From positions 78,182,192 to 78,246,000 of the forward strand of contig NC_059429.1 in the NCBI RefSeq assembly GCF_021028975.2: 63,809 bases of DNA, given 5' to 3'. Shown here in pieces: positions 13,494-27,594 of the stretch; within the stretch, counting starts at the first letter, position 1, and the number at the start of each line of letters is the position of its first letter. A program made the position numbers and the translations under genes. Source of the stretch: Sphaerodactylus townsendi. Its lineage: Eukaryota. Under the pieces are notes generated by a model. It was given only the letters and a program-made list of their open reading frames with translations, did no database searches and was not told where the DNA came from.

Positions 13494-13634
13494 GGCTCAT
13501 TCCGCACATGCAGAATAATGCACTTTCAAACTGCTTTCAGTGCTCTTTGAAGCTGTGCGGAATGGCAAAATCCACTTGCAAACAGTTGTGAAAGTGGTTT
13601 GAAAACGCATTATGTTGCGTGTGCGGAAGGGGCC
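13494..13634. mobile_element. Short PIF/Harbinger-type MITE
   Basis: TIRs ggctcattccgcac / gtgcggaaggggcc; related degenerate copy at about 35415-35580. Confidence 0.7.
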
Positions 13635-15135
13635 TGCGACACCACCAGATAAGAATAAGCCCTTTTGTTGTTGTTTGCCAGCAGCGGAAGGAGCTTGTTG
13701 AACCACAGGAGTTATGAATGCATTGGGTGGGCAGCTGCAGATTTCCAGGTTGAAAACTGGGCTGATAGAAGTAAGTGGCCATACCAACTGGACTCCCACT
13801 TTTTTCTCTGATCCAGTCCAGGAGAATCACTTTCCTTTGCTAGCTGGGAGATTTTTGGAGGTTTTGTTTTTGGTCACCAGCTACTGCCATCTTGCAACTC
13901 ATTGAGCTGCACTCACCTTACCACACAAAAACTGCATACCAGATGCCTCAGACATCACAGGTGTGTCTGTGGGCAGATGCAAGTAACTACTGCTGCCCCA
14001 TGCTAAACAAGTTGTGCTGCATTTGGAGGCTTCCTGCTGAACCTGGGCTATGGGCTCTTGTCCCAATGTCATGCCCTAACCTTGACTCTCATGCAGGGGG
14101 ACAGCAACCTGTTGTGGGGTCTAATGGTTAAGAGTGTCAGACCAGTATTGATTCAAAGGTTGTTCCAGTTATATGGAACCACGGCCCACAGAGACACTTT
14201 CTAAAGGTCACCATGTTTCTAAACAGCTTAAACTCTTTCCACTAGGAACAAGGAGCAATGAATCTACACATAAATGTTCACAGAACCCAATCTGATATTA
14301 GTGGTACTTGAAACTTCTCCCTCCCGGCAGAACTGCTTTCCCCCCCCCCCTTCAACCAAAGCATCAGGCCCACATTTCCCCATCCCCTTACTACTTCTGT
14401 CTACTTCCTCTGGAATGTGCTGGGGTCTCCCTTCAATGGCCCTACAGCTTTGCTGCAGCTAGCAATCCGATCCCCTCCCCAAACCATCCAGATTCTGAGA
14501 TATCACTGCTTCATTTGCATAATTCTTGCCACAGTGTTCTCTCCATATTTGAGTTTCTTGTCATGATATTTAGGATTTTTTTACTTGCACTGAACACTTT
14601 TTCTTCTTTCCATTTACTCTCTCACCAACAGCTGTAAATGGTTTCCACATTCTACAAACAATGGATCAACTCTATATATAGTTGATTCAGAATAAAACTC
14701 CAAAATGCACCTGTGCTTTCAACAATAGAAGAAAGATAAGCACACAGTGCCAGATCTCATGTAGGCCAGGAAAAAGCCAATCAACTGCTGCAGTAAAAAG
14801 TTCACAAATTGTTATGAACAACAAGAATAAAAAACCTAGGGCAAGTCAAACCAAAACATTTTGTCAACATGATCATGCTAACCAGCAGGTGGACTGAAAG
14901 ATCTGCCTCAGGCAGCAATTGTGAGAAGCAACTCAGAGGCAGCAAATTTGGACTGAATCCAACTGGTTTTCAAGATACTATGGCAGTGGGGATGGAAAGA
15001 CCATTCACTAGGGTGCTGGGATACACAGTGTAAGCAAGGCTCGTGGGGAAGTTGCTCTTGGGTGGCACTATCTTATGACATTTCTCCATGGATGTTTTTA
15101 GAATAGCCAAATCCTGACATCTGAGCCATTACTCA

Positions 15136-15699
15136 GGCCGTTTCCGCACGGCCTTTTTATGGCGCCCTGGGGACGGGATAAACGCCGTCCCCAGGGAGCC
15201 GATGCGCTGAAGCTGCGCTTCTTACCTTGTAGCGCCGACCTGACTACACTCCCCCTCCCCCAGAGGCTGAGCCATACCGCCCTAAACAACAACCCTTTAA
15301 AGGGGTTGTTTTGCCCTGTAACAGCGTGTTCCCAGTGGCACAGTGCGAGAACAGCACCCGCCCGGGAACACGCTGTTTCGCACCCCTCCCGTCCCACTCA
15401 CCTTGTCCCCGTCATTAGGCCTGCTGGCCTCTGCAGCCCCTCCCTCACTGTCCTCCGACCCCTGGAGGTCAGAGGGCAGCATGGGCGGGGCTTCAGAGGC
15501 CAGCAGAACCACGGGGACAAGGTAAGAGACGAAGGGGAAAGACAGAAAGCTGACTCCATGCGGAGCCGCCTGTATCCCTCCGCCGGCCTCCCCTGAGGCC
15601 GCACGCACGCTTGCCTTTTAACGTCTGGCAGCCCTCCATACGCCCGGCAGAATTCACCCGGCATGGGGGCGCATGAGCTCCCGTCTTGAAGCCTTGACC
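15136..15699. mobile_element. PIF/Harbinger-type MITE, right end degraded
   Basis: Left TIR ggccgtttccgcac identical to that at 53496; GC/CpG-rich interior. Confidence 0.7.
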
Positions 15700-16329
15700 T
15701 CAGTGTTTGGCCATGATGGTGGATTGGATGCAAGTGAGTTGGGTAACTGAAGCAAAATGCAAACTAGACCATAGCAAAAATTATAGCTGGCAGACCTTGT
15801 GCTTGGGAAGGGATCAGGAGGCTGTGATCCCCTTCACGGATAGAGACAACACCACTCTTGGAGTGTTTGACTGCAGCATTCAATTGCAATTTTTGGCTTT
15901 TCAAAAATTTCTGTGTTCTTAATACCTGATCCCAATATTGGAACAGAACCACCTTTTTCTTTTGAAGTCCATAGAGTAGATGATGAAGAGGAAAGTTTAA
16001 ATTTTTGCTGGAATCACAGGGCCTCAATAAACCGTGACCTTGGGTGCATTTTTGTGTCTTCTTTCCCTAATTCCAAACTGAAATTATGCAAAAGCAGCAT
16101 CACGCATAAAAATTAATATATGTCAACTTGTCTATGTGCTACTCTGATTTACATTTCAGATTTAAATATGTATCCCCAGAGAACATTTTAGTATTCAAAA
16201 TGACTGGCAGATCTATTTGTTAATATCTTCTTCTTTGACATGTCAGAGATGCATGGCCACATCTTTATCTCTTTGCATTTCTATTATTGGCAGCTGTGGA
16301 AATGCCCGAACTATGTCAGACCTAAGACA

Positions 16330-16332
<3 letters not shown>

Positions 16333-16396
<64 letters not shown>
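16333..16396. repeat. (CT)n microsatellite
   Basis: About 32 units. Confidence 0.98.
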
Positions 16397-16399
<3 letters not shown>

Positions 16400-16680
16400 G
16401 AATATGCTCTTTTCTGATGTAAGTTGCCCCCCAAGCTGCTATGTGCCCTGATACAAAAGCATAAATGCTGTTCCATCAGGTCAAATAGCTTTTTGGTGTG
16501 GCGAGGGGGGTTAGTTTATGTTCAGAAATGATACAGAGGACAGGGTTAACTTTCTCCACCCCCAAATACTGCAATTTAGATTCTCCAAAAGCTGCTCCTA
16601 ATAGAAATGTATTTTAAAATGGAACATCTCATAATAGTTCTTTAACGTCTTCTTTTGTCTAGCTGCAAGGCCTGGGAAGG

Positions 16681-16953
16681 NNNNNNNNNNNNNNNNNNNN
16701 NNNNNNNNNNNNNNNNNNNNNNNNNNNNNNNNNNNNNNNNNNNNNNNNNNNNNNNNNNNNNNNNNNNNNNNNNNNNNNNNNNNNNNNNNNNNNNNNNNNN
16801 NNNNNNNNNNNNNNNNNNNNNNNNNNNNNNNNNNNNNNNNNNNNNNNNNNNNNNNNNNNNNNNNNNNNNNNNNNNNNNNNNNNNNNNNNNNNNNNNNNNN
16901 NNNNNNNNNNNNNNNNNNNNNNNNNNNNNNNNNNNNNNNNNNNNNNNNNNNNN
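16681..16953. other. Assembly gap (N run)
   Basis: 273 N. Confidence 1.
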
Positions 16954-17136
16954 CGCTCACCACGTCCCAAGTGCAACTTGCCATCATTGGTGTCGCCGCC
17001 GCTGTCTATCCCACCTGCTTGGCTGAAGGCAGGGCTTGGGGAGGATGGGGCTGGGGCTTGGGGAGGATGGGGCGGGGGAGGGGCTTGGGGAGGCGGGGCC
17101 AAATGGATCTTTGGGGCTAAAGGTTCCCAACCCCTG
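16954..17136. mobile_element. hAT MITE right end (remainder in the gap)
   Basis: Ends aaggttcccaacccctg followed by atctagag, a hAT-Charlie-type target site. Confidence 0.6.
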
Positions 17137-20100
17137 ATCTAGAGAGACTTGTATCTGAGCAATGATGGCAGGTTTTGGTAATAATAAAGAGAGTTTTTTG
17201 TATTCTACACAGCAAATATATCAAACAGCATCAGAAGTTCCTTCATAAAATATCCTGCAAAATTTATGGCATGCCCTATCCTACTACTGCCATTTGTCCT
17301 CAGAATCTTATAGGCAAAGTTTCCCCATATTTGTGTGAGACATGCAGTGTTCTTGATCTTAGACCCTGCCTGGGCTCTAAGATCTATGAATGATGCCTGC
17401 CTGCAGGAATGAAAGCTGTCTGGAACTAGTTGAGGTGTTTTCTGCTGCCCCCTTCCTCATTTGTGGTATTTAAGAGGAGATAAGGTTGGTGTCCTCCCTG
17501 CACGCTTTCCAGGCTAAACCCACAATGTTTCTCTTTTGGAAGGTCATTGATGGTGCTTTGGAAGGTCATTGAGGGATTGAAATCTTGATGATTCTAAATA
17601 TTCTTTAGAATATTTATTAACTTTATATTAATTTTACAAATGAAATTGCTTGTTTTAACCTGTTGTGAACTATCTAGAAGATCTTTGAGTGAAAAGGTGA
17701 TCTAGAAATTTACTGAACAAACATGCAATGACTGAACCAATGGAGTTCCCTCAAAATCTGTAGTTTTAGACACTGTTATCAGCAATCAACAAACTACAGT
17801 ATATGAATGTCCTAGAAAATACAACCCCCACTGAAACCATGTAAAGGCTATTTGGATGAGTAGACCATTCTTTCAGTTATTTTGGTTGAAACTGGCTTTC
17901 CCACATCTGGATGCAACCTTCTAGCACAGAGGTTTTGTGAAATTGAGCCTTAGAAACAAAAATGGACTACTCTATCTGACAGAATTACATGCCAACATCA
18001 ATGGGAGTCAACACAAGACTTGTAATAGCAGCAAAACTACCTTCTAACAAGCTCTAAGAAGGCAAATTATATTAGCAGAAGATTTCATTATACTTTTGTT
18101 GATATTGAAATGACTGAAAGTTCAAGATGATACACATTGCTAAAAGTGGAAGGCATAATCCAGCCAAGTATGAACACCTTGTTTAGTAAGAAAATGTTAA
18201 GCATTTTCTCACTGAAATAAAAGGAACTGAAACCTTCTTAATTTTAACAGGCCCTTTTGTTCATACTGCTCCTTTTGCCTGGAACTGCCTCCCCCGCCCC
18301 AGAATACCTGCATAATATTGCCTCCCTTCCTTTAAACTTCCTTGTCAAAACATTAAGGTTTTGGCACATTCTCTTAATTTCCACTTCTTTTCTATCCCTG
18401 CCTACATTTCCATCCTCTTCCTTTGTTGTCTTCCATCAGCAGAATTATAGTCTGTAAATTGCTTAGGACACAGGAACTTTTCTTCCTGTGCAATGCCCAC
18501 TGATGGCACAATATACTCAAATAATATCAACAGTAGCCATAATGTGTTAAGTATTACAGAACTCAGTACTGTGTGCCCATAACTACAACACCATGAAACT
18601 GGAGATACAGCTCTCTAAGTCCAAAGATTATATTATCCTTTGGGTATAGCTGGAAGTACTCAAATATTCGGCAATTAAAAACTAAAAGTAAAACCTGGAA
18701 TGAAAGAAAATTAGCAATTTCCAGGTCATCAAATGCAAATGGATCACATAATGATCATCCTAGGAAAGCAAACAGGAATCCTTGAAATGGAACTAATATA
18801 ATTTTTAAAAGGGTATTTGAGAACTTTATGAAACCAATAAGGACCAAAACCCATACAAAATGTAATTATATAAATATAAGTAGCTCATTAGATATATTGC
18901 TAATATCCAAAAACTTGACTGAATGCATACCAGGTCTTAATCCAGTAGTTACTTTATGTAAGAATAAAACGTTTTTGAACAGAATACACTGAATGAGTAT
19001 TTGTCAAGACACTGGACTGCAATAAATCAATTGTTGAACAAGAAAGGAGCCCACAAGAGTTTGTGGGAGGCATCTAATTACCCCCTTCCCTCTGCTTTGC
19101 CTGCTTCCTTCTTTCCTTCCAACATAGTGAGCTTACACAGTAGAAAGATTTAAAGCTGGGTCTACCAGATTCTAATCTAAAGCTCTGACCACTACACTAC
19201 ACGGCTTTTATGGGGTGGCTACTGTTAAACAGTAGCAAGCAGCTACATCTGGAGAAGTGCCCTTCCCTTTCCAATATACTGACAGAAACCAAGGCTTCAA
19301 GGCTGCCCAGCAGGGGTTGCCCAGCAATGGCCACTGGGGGCATTTGTTTTTGAAAAGCTAAAGGTACTGCTTTTATTATTTGGGGATTATAACACTCTTC
19401 CCCCCACGTGTACATACATATTCCAGATTTTTCTCCAAACCTGGGGCACCTTTCAGGTTTGAGGAAAGATCTGTTTTTTTCTGCTCATGATTCCAGTCTC
19501 TGAATTTAAGTATCCACAGATCTGGCCATGATGAAGATTAGATATATTCATGACACTGGACAATCAAAAAATCTAAGACTTTGGGAATTACCATGCTACA
19601 GTGCTGGATGTGGATTGGAGAGACTTTGGCTCATTAACTCTCCTTACCATTCTCTTCCTTTCTCTAAAACAAAACCTCTTGGCTGGTGGGAGCATGAATC
19701 AAGTCAAACTGTAGTAGGCTGTAACAATGGCACTGGTAGAATACTAACTTCATTGGAGTTTTCTCAGCTATATTTTTTGATGAAAGTCTTAGCATAAAAC
19801 AGCCTCTTTTGGCGCATGTTGTCTTGGGTTTGTCTTCTTTAAGAAGTAGTCATCAGTCATGTATCATATGTGCCAATGTCACATAATAATTGCAACATAA
19901 TAATTACAGGAAGAATTAAAAAGTTGCAACATAATAATTACAGGAAGAATTTAAAAGTTGCTTCACACTTTTTGCTGAGCCCAGGCCCAGTGCTTTGCTA
20001 CTATAAAAATGCAAGATGTGAAATAGATATATGCATCTTCTGACATGCAGAAGATTGTGGCTGTTTGGTACCTGTCTAGCATCTATTCCTAAGTTTTTAG

Positions 20101-22045
20101 TCATTGAGGCCTCTCCTTCATACTTTGTTTGTTTATTATGGCAAATGCCAGTGGACTTGGACCATGCATGATGTGCGTAGGGAACTCTGAGTTAATCATG
20201 TTAACAAGGCACCAATAGGTCCACATATACAATGGTAAGATTCTTGGTGAAATGCTAACTTTTGCTACCAGTACTGTACAGCTGTGGAAGCTAAGCTAAA
20301 TTGTTGCCTACTTGAACAATAACTTCATATCAATTTCATTACAACAACAGGCTCAGTTTTTTAGTTCAGAATCACTGCATCACTCCAGCAGTGGACAGGT
20401 ACATTAATTTCATTCCCATATCCCTGAAGATGCCCGTTTGGTCAAGCTATGCGATAGATGACAGCCATCCACTAGTTTGATAATGTCACTTTTGATTTAG
20501 CAAAATATGTCCTACGGGAATCAACCCTAAGCCACTGTTTTCCACTCTTTCACCAATTTATAGAAGAATGTTATTTGATAAATTTTATTTAATATTTCCC
20601 CTGAAGACCTGGCTGAGGAAAGTCGTTACAGGAAATTCTATTAAAGAGCATAAGAAGGTGAAACATGAAATGAAGTAGAATGTGCTGTAAGTTCATTTCT
20701 GGAGAATGACAAAGCATAATATTAAATAGATGAGAGATGATTTTTCCAAAAGGTTCTGCAGACTTCCAAGTTACACTGAACCCTTAGTCAAAAACTATAA
20801 TGAGCCTCTGAGTCACAGGATAGTGTCTTAATCATAATGGAGTTTCCTCTTTTGCTTTTATTCTGAGTTTTGCACTGTTTGCAGATTTATCTCATCAGGA
20901 ATCACTAAGCCATGCAGCACTAAGCGTCTAATCAATGACAAATGTTACAGGATAAACTGGTAAAAGCTACAATTAAAGTATAGCTCTTGTGCAAAAGTGT
21001 AATCATACAGGAAGATGACTGTAGGAGCTACTGTGTTTTACCACAACCTCAAGCTGAGTGAAGAATATATTGTACTGGGTAATGGGCCCAATTATTCTTT
21101 CTGTAATTGACTTTCCTGCATACCAGGCATTCTTACTATCCTGATTAACCCAACCATCAATCCCCCACTGGCAAGAGTATCTCTCTCAAATTGTTACTGA
21201 CATTTTCTGCAGATTTAGGCATAGGCATAGCAGCAGCACTTAGGAATACAGCAGAGAATCCATCTTCAGGGCTTCTCCAATCAGGTCTTTCCCAGACCTT
21301 GCGCCTCATTTCCTCCCATCAATCACCCCTTAAGCATATTTCTCTTCCATCTGTGAGGAGGAGGGAGACCACCCAAGAGAGTCTTCCCCCACTTCCATAA
21401 TGCTGACACAGAACAAAAAAACATCAAACTTCAAACAAATCTGAGCTTTAGGATTTCAGAGACAGATTTTTTCAAGTCTCCAGATGGGTTAAGGGAGAAA
21501 GAATATTTTGCACCAAAGTATTTCAGGATGGGACACTTTATATGGTGCACAGTACTGTAACCAGTTGATGTGTACTCTAATTTATCTTGAACGTAAAAGC
21601 CCTGTAGAATCAGACCAAGGGTACATTTAGTACAGAATCCTGTTTTCAACTATAACTAGCAAGGTGACTCTGGAAGAACTTTAAGCAAGGCAAGAAGGCA
21701 ACAGCCCTCAGTATTTGTCTCTAGCATTTCCTATTCAGGAAATAGGTGTTGAAAGAGAGTGTTCACAAAGCCATGATTCCACCCCATAATATTAACAACC
21801 AAAATGCCTTCACAGGCCTCACAAGTAATAAAAACATCCCTTGGAGACTTGGAAGAGTGACAGGCAGAATTTCTCAGAGGAAGACAGTGAGTAGTAAGGT
21901 CTATGTGAGAATTCTTTATATATTTTGGGCACAAGGGACATTTTGTTGGCACCTAACACTGAATTCCTCTAACATTTCTCCATTCCTCCCTCTTATGAAC
22001 AAGCACCCACGCTGTTAAACTAAACCAAGCGGTTGACACTTGTAC

Positions 22046-22150
22046 CTGTCATAGTCTCCATTGCAGAGGGCCCGTACAGGGATGGAGAAGGACTGCCAGA
22101 CAGGGTTCAGAGTGTTCTTCACCACTTCTGTTTTGTGGCAGATAGTAAAC
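22046..22150 (-). CDS. CPNE5: Copine-5 coding exon (C2B), 105 nt, phase 2 to 2: [34 protein letters not shown](R)
   Basis: ttttctgccag acceptor, AG|gtacaa donor; [14 protein letters not shown]2 motif. Confidence 0.97.
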
Positions 22151-22734
22151 CTGGCAGAAAACAAAAGGCCAATTATGTTAGAAATTAATCCCAGCAACTG
22201 CCCTAGGTTAGACACTGAAGAACACAGAACAACAACCTCATTAAAACTCCCACCTATGACACTTAGATTCTGCCAGCATCCATGAACAAGGGAATACTCA
22301 TACCGGTTGGATCAAAACCAAAATGGATTACTTTAATAGCTGTACAGGCTGGCAATGTTGGCCTCCAAGGCCTTAAAGCAGTAATAAGCCTGCCCTTTAC
22401 CTACTGTTAGCAAAACACAGAACGAACGTAACAGTGCAGTTTTCTCTTCATGCAAGTAAGATTCTCCACTGGCAGCACAATATCCTGGTTGAGAGGGAGT
22501 GATGTGAAGGTATTAAAGGACATCCTGTTTCTAGTCTTCTGTACTAGAAGGACAGGATAGGCAGTGCAGGGGTGTACACTCCTTAGAAGCAAAGCCCACC
22601 AGAAATACAACATTTTTTCTTTAAAATGTGGTGATGTACTGTTTAGAAGTCACAGGCACCTATCTCAGTATTTGTCCTTTTGTTGTTGTTGTTGGTGAAC
22701 AACTAAGATAAATATTTCTGCGTACTTTATTTAT

Positions 22735-23590
22735 AAACCATCTTTCTCCCCTATCGGGACAAGAGTGGCTACCATCGTTCTTCTCGCCTCTATTTTCATT
22801 CTCACAACAACCCTTGAGGTAAATTAAGCTGAGGCCATTTATGCACACTTGGTCTCCTTCTCTTTAAATGTGCATTCCCTTTGGGTTTGATTCATGCTTA
22901 CGGACATTCCTCCTGCACTTCAGCACTCACCTCACCACAGATCAGAGAAAGAATGCGCTTTTGAAAACCTCTTTAAGCATGATTTCTTCCCCCCTCAGTT
23001 TGATGGAAGAGTGAATGAGGGCAACATGTGTTAGCATTTCCTTCAGTTTTCTCGCTGCTCCCCACCCATACCATACTACCAGCCACTATTTCAGGGGATG
23101 TTTATGGCTGCCTTCCCTTCCTCATCTCTCTCATCTCTCTCCAGCTACTGCTGCCTTCTTTCCTCCTTCCCTTCACTTCTCAAACCCCCAGCAAGATGCT
23201 ACTGCTATTTTTCCAAGCAGGTTGGCTTTCCTGCCTTCATTTCCTCATCTCCCTCTCCATTTCAGCTGCCGTTTCGTTCTCCCATCCGTTCCCCCTGCCC
23301 CCCATCACCAGCCTCCAGCAACATTGCTTGCACTTTTGAAGTTGGTTTGTCGGTGCATGTGGGGCAACTAAGAAAGGAAACCAGAAATTATGGATCAGCC
23401 TGGATCAAACAAAAAGACACAGAGAAACTCCACTCCAAAGCAATCAAAGGCAAGCAAGGCAGGTGGCACGTACATAAAGGGCCTCAGAGTGTGTGACTGG
23501 CCCAACAAGCTTCCATGGCAGAGTGCGGATTTGAACCTAAGTCTCCTAGATCCTAGTTCAACACTTTAATCACTACTCCACACTGGCTTT
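22735..23590 (-). mobile_element. tRNA-derived SINE (Squam3/MIR-like) split by a Harbinger-type MITE at 22833-23483
   Basis: SINE halves ...ctcacaacaacccttgaggt...gctga and gagtgtgtgactggccc...cacactggct; the insert has TIRs ggccatttatgcac / gtacataaagggcc flanked by tga/tca. Confidence 0.7.
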
Positions 23591-24153
23591 CTTATGAGAG
23601 TGATGAACTGCTTCATTTTCAAAGAAATTAAGAACATTTGTATGCATGTATGTTTGTAATTGATGACATCAGAGGCATCTGTTAGGTACTTGCACAGCTG
23701 CACTCCACAGAGCATAAGTTCCATGTACCATGCCCACACAGGCATGTAAAATAAATTTTCCCAAAAGACTGAAATAATGGCTGCTTCCTCACAGGGTTTC
23801 CTGCCTGCCCCCCAAAATGGAGAGCAGCATGCCTGTGCATGTAAAGAGAGTTTCCATACAATGTGGTCTCATTGAACACAACCCGCAGGCCTTTCAGGGC
23901 TTTCCTCTTTGAGCCTGGTCAGAGAAATCAAATCCCCCTCCCCTAATCTGGCTCAAAGGAGGGACTGCGGGGTGGCTGTAGACTTAGCATCCTTGTAAAT
24001 GTTTCTCCCTCAGCCGGTATGGGACACGGGGGAGGAGTGGAACTAATTTCTGCATTCCACACACTTTGAAACCCCTTTTTATTTCATTCCTCATTCTGAG
24101 CCGTGGCATAGGGGAAATGGCATGATTGCTGAGCAGTAAGGGACAGTATCATT

Positions 24154-24434
24154 GGCCCTTTCCCCACTTACCTTTGCTGCCCTTTGTTGTGCGCTATTCT
24201 CAGCGTGCGGCATCTCTGGCGCGCGCCCGGGCATCCCCACGACCCCGCACTCTGCGCGGGGTCATCAAAAGGCGCCATTTAGAGGAGCACCAGGGATGCT
24301 GTGGGCTGAGGGGGCACAAGAGCGGCAGCGCCGGGGCAGCTACGTTGTTGCCGCCCCTGTAGTGGGGAGTGCCCCGGGACTCCGCGCTACTTGAGGAGAG
24401 TAGTGTGGGGCTTAAGGTAAGGGGGGAAAGGGCA
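24154..24434. mobile_element. PIF/Harbinger-type MITE
   Basis: TIRs ggccctttccccacttacctt / aaggtaaggggggaaagggc; CpG-rich interior. Confidence 0.7.
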
Positions 24435-24911
24435 TGGGTAGGCATTATCATTACCACTTTATAGCTTCTGGACTAACATGATGGAGGCAAAGGGGGCTGG
24501 GCATGGGTGGGGACAACACTGAGCAGTGCAGGGACTGGGTGAGTGGGCTCAGTTCCCACTCACTTTCATGCTGCCTCTGCCCCAGTGGGCATTTTGGTGC
24601 CCTCAAGTGGAAGTAGCCAACATATTGCTATTTGAGCTGTTCAAAGATACAAAACCCCTGTAGCAGAAATATTATCTGGTAAAAAGATGTCTGGAACTCC
24701 TTCATCAAATCTACTATATACTGAAAAGCAATTTTTTTAATGGACCTCAGACTTGGGGACTGAGCCACTGCCTCTAGCACCAGCAATTCAACATGGAGGA
24801 ATAGATGTATTGTCTCAGTGAAGATATGCACACACCCTTTAGGGGTAGAAGTGGAAGATAAACCTGTGCCTCTCCGCCCCTGCAAAAAAAGCAGCCTGCA
24901 TTCCTTTAGAG

Positions 24912-25454
24912 CACGGGTGTCAAACTCATTTGTAATGAGGGCCAGATACAACATAAATGTGACTTGGTCAGGCCAGGTCCAGGTTGGGTAGTAGCTGCCT
25001 CAGCTGGTAAACCCCCAGTAGGCTCACCAGCCCAGATCAGCACTGAGGCAGGGAGTGGCTACTTTGGCTGTCGAGCTAGCAGCAGGCTCATCAGCCTGGG
25101 GTGGGGGTTGGCTACATCAGCAGTCGAGCCTGCTATGGGCTTGCCAGCTCAGAGCAGCCTTAGGGAAAGCGGTCAACATTAGGGGTGGTGGCGGCTGCCT
25201 CATCTTACGGGCCCACAGCAGCCTTGCCAGCTCAGATTAGTACTAGGGTAGATGGTTGGCAGCACTGAGGGGGTGACTGCCTCAGCTGGTGTGTGTGGGT
25301 GCCTGGAATGACAAGCCCAGATCAGGAGAAGAATGGGAAGGGTGCCTGGAATGGCGAGCTCACAGCACACTCACCAGGTAAAATCAGGAGCGGGTGTGGG
25401 TAGGGGATGGGGTTGTCTCAGCTGGCTCACAGGCCTCAAGTTTGACCCCCCTTG
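24912..25454. mobile_element. hAT MITE with a perfect 8-bp TSD
   Basis: TSD ctttagag at 24904-24911 and 25455-25462; ends cacgggtgtcaaac / gtttgaccccccttg. Confidence 0.85.
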
Positions 25455-26748
25455 CTTTAGAGATATTTTTGAACTTTTTGAGAACTTTTTGAAATTTTGA
25501 ACTTTAAAAAATTAAGGCAGATGTTCTTCATTCCAAAGAAAGTTTGGATTTAATTGCGTTTGCCTCCAATTCTGAATAATCACAAAAAATGTCTCAGTCA
25601 CGGTTCTGTTACTAGCCTCTCTTTAAGTTCATTAACACCTATCATTATCCAACTTCCTGTAAATCACTTTAAACTTGAATTCACTGAGGACATGGTAGGC
25701 ACTTTTCAGTACTCTTCCAAATATTGGTGTGCACATGTAAAAAACAAAAATGCAGTTTTAAAAATATTTCTATTAAGCTGGTGATTTGACTGATAGCTAT
25801 GGAGGAAGGCCAATTCATAATTGCATTGCAATTTTTCTGGGTTTTACAACACATGTGTGACTTCAGCCTAAGAAAATAATTCCATTTTAAATTTTCTTGG
25901 CGTACAGTTCAAAGTATATTCATAAGAATATTTTCTAAAATCAAAAAGTGCGATATACAGAGTGTTAAATTCTCTTTTGTCACATACTTAGGAGCAAGTT
26001 TAAAAGTCCAGCCAAGGTGGATCAGTTTGCCTGAGCTGAAGAGAATACATGATTTTGAGGGAATCACTTCAGTAGTTTTGCAAAAGTCCAAGCAGATCCA
26101 CACAAAAAAATCCCACATTAAGTCATTGGTCTGTCATTGATTATTTAGGTTTCCTTAGGTTGCAAAAATGCGTAGGTTAAAATGGATTAATTTCTCCCAG
26201 AACAGCACAGAACATTCATAAAGATGAGAATGTTCAAAAGCAGTTTCCCACCCTGCCTGAGATTAATATTCTCTCCTCTGCTCCTCTTTCCTCACACTTT
26301 ACAATTCTTGACAGTATTCCCCTGGAGTGATGATTCTTCCATGCATATACAAAATGTTCACATTTTTAGACTGCCTGGCAAAGGATTTCTGAGGTGGCAT
26401 CCACGCCATACTATGTATTTGATTCTCTGCACCTTACAACAGAACAGGTATTACAATAATATTACTACTTGAGTCCCTAATTCATTAATAATACTTAAGT
26501 ATGAGAGAGATGGTAATCATTATATTAGCAACAACATCTCAGGTCCAATCCCAATAGGTGTTCTTTTATGCCATTCAGTAGAACCCTTTGGCCACCCCAG
26601 CTCAACTGAATAAAAAAGGATCTGTTTGTTTGGAGCCAGGAGATAGGTTCCTGCTTTTGTGAGCTGGTACAAAAAATGTTTTATTTATTTATTGGGAAGT
26701 CCAATTTTATGAATTTTATGCCTCAAGAACAAAAGCAGCTGTACTTAC

Positions 26749-26852
26749 GTCCCATCCTCATTGCTTCTGTAGAACACCATGAAAGGGTCTGATTTTCCAA
26801 AGAAGTCTTTCTTGTCCAGTTTGTTGGCGCAGAACTGCATTGTGGCCACATC
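26749..26852 (-). CDS. CPNE5: Copine-5 coding exon (C2B), 104 nt, phase 0 to 2: [34 protein letters not shown](T)
   Basis: ttccattccaag acceptor, gtaagt donor; [13 protein letters not shown]2 calcium-binding loop. Confidence 0.97.
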
Positions 26853-27594
26853 CTTGGAATGGAAATCAGAATATGTAAATTCTATAAACAATGCTACTAT
26901 CTTAAAATGAGCAACACTGAAAAAAACCTTCATGCGTTTAGTTCTGAGGATGTGACGCGTACAGTATCAGAATCCAGAGTGCAAACAACCAGGCTTACCG
27001 AGGAGTGTAAAGGGCAGGAACTGGGGGGTGGGGGAAGATTAACAGTCAACACTGAAGGAAAGGTGAATTGGCAGATAAGGTTTGAAATAGAGAGCAGCAA
27101 GATTGGAAAAAATCCAAGGCAGCAGTTTGCCCAGATATTTAACAATATAATCTTATGCGTAAGAATTAGACCTTTTCTTCAACCTTGCATAGAGTTGGCA
27201 TATACAATTTGATTGTGACACCAGAGTCCCCCCCCCTATTTTTGGTAGGTGCATGCTGTAGTATTTTTTCTGCCAATCAGAAAAAGTTAATTAGAAATTA
27301 GAAGCCCCCGTGGTCTACATTATGGTTTATTTACTTCCTGTAGGTCCTTCCAGAGGTCTAGTCTCCCTACAAATGAAATATATTAGCAGAAGATCTAATC
27401 TATTTTGCTTGAAAGCCATAGAACCACAAAAGATACTTACAATGAAATATATTAGCAGAAGATCTAATCTATTTTGCTTGAAAAATATGATTCTTCCATG
27501 CATATACAAAATGTTCACATTTTTAGACTACCTGGCAAAGGATTTCTGAGGTGGCATCCACGCCACGCCATACCTGAGCAGAATTATATTTTTG

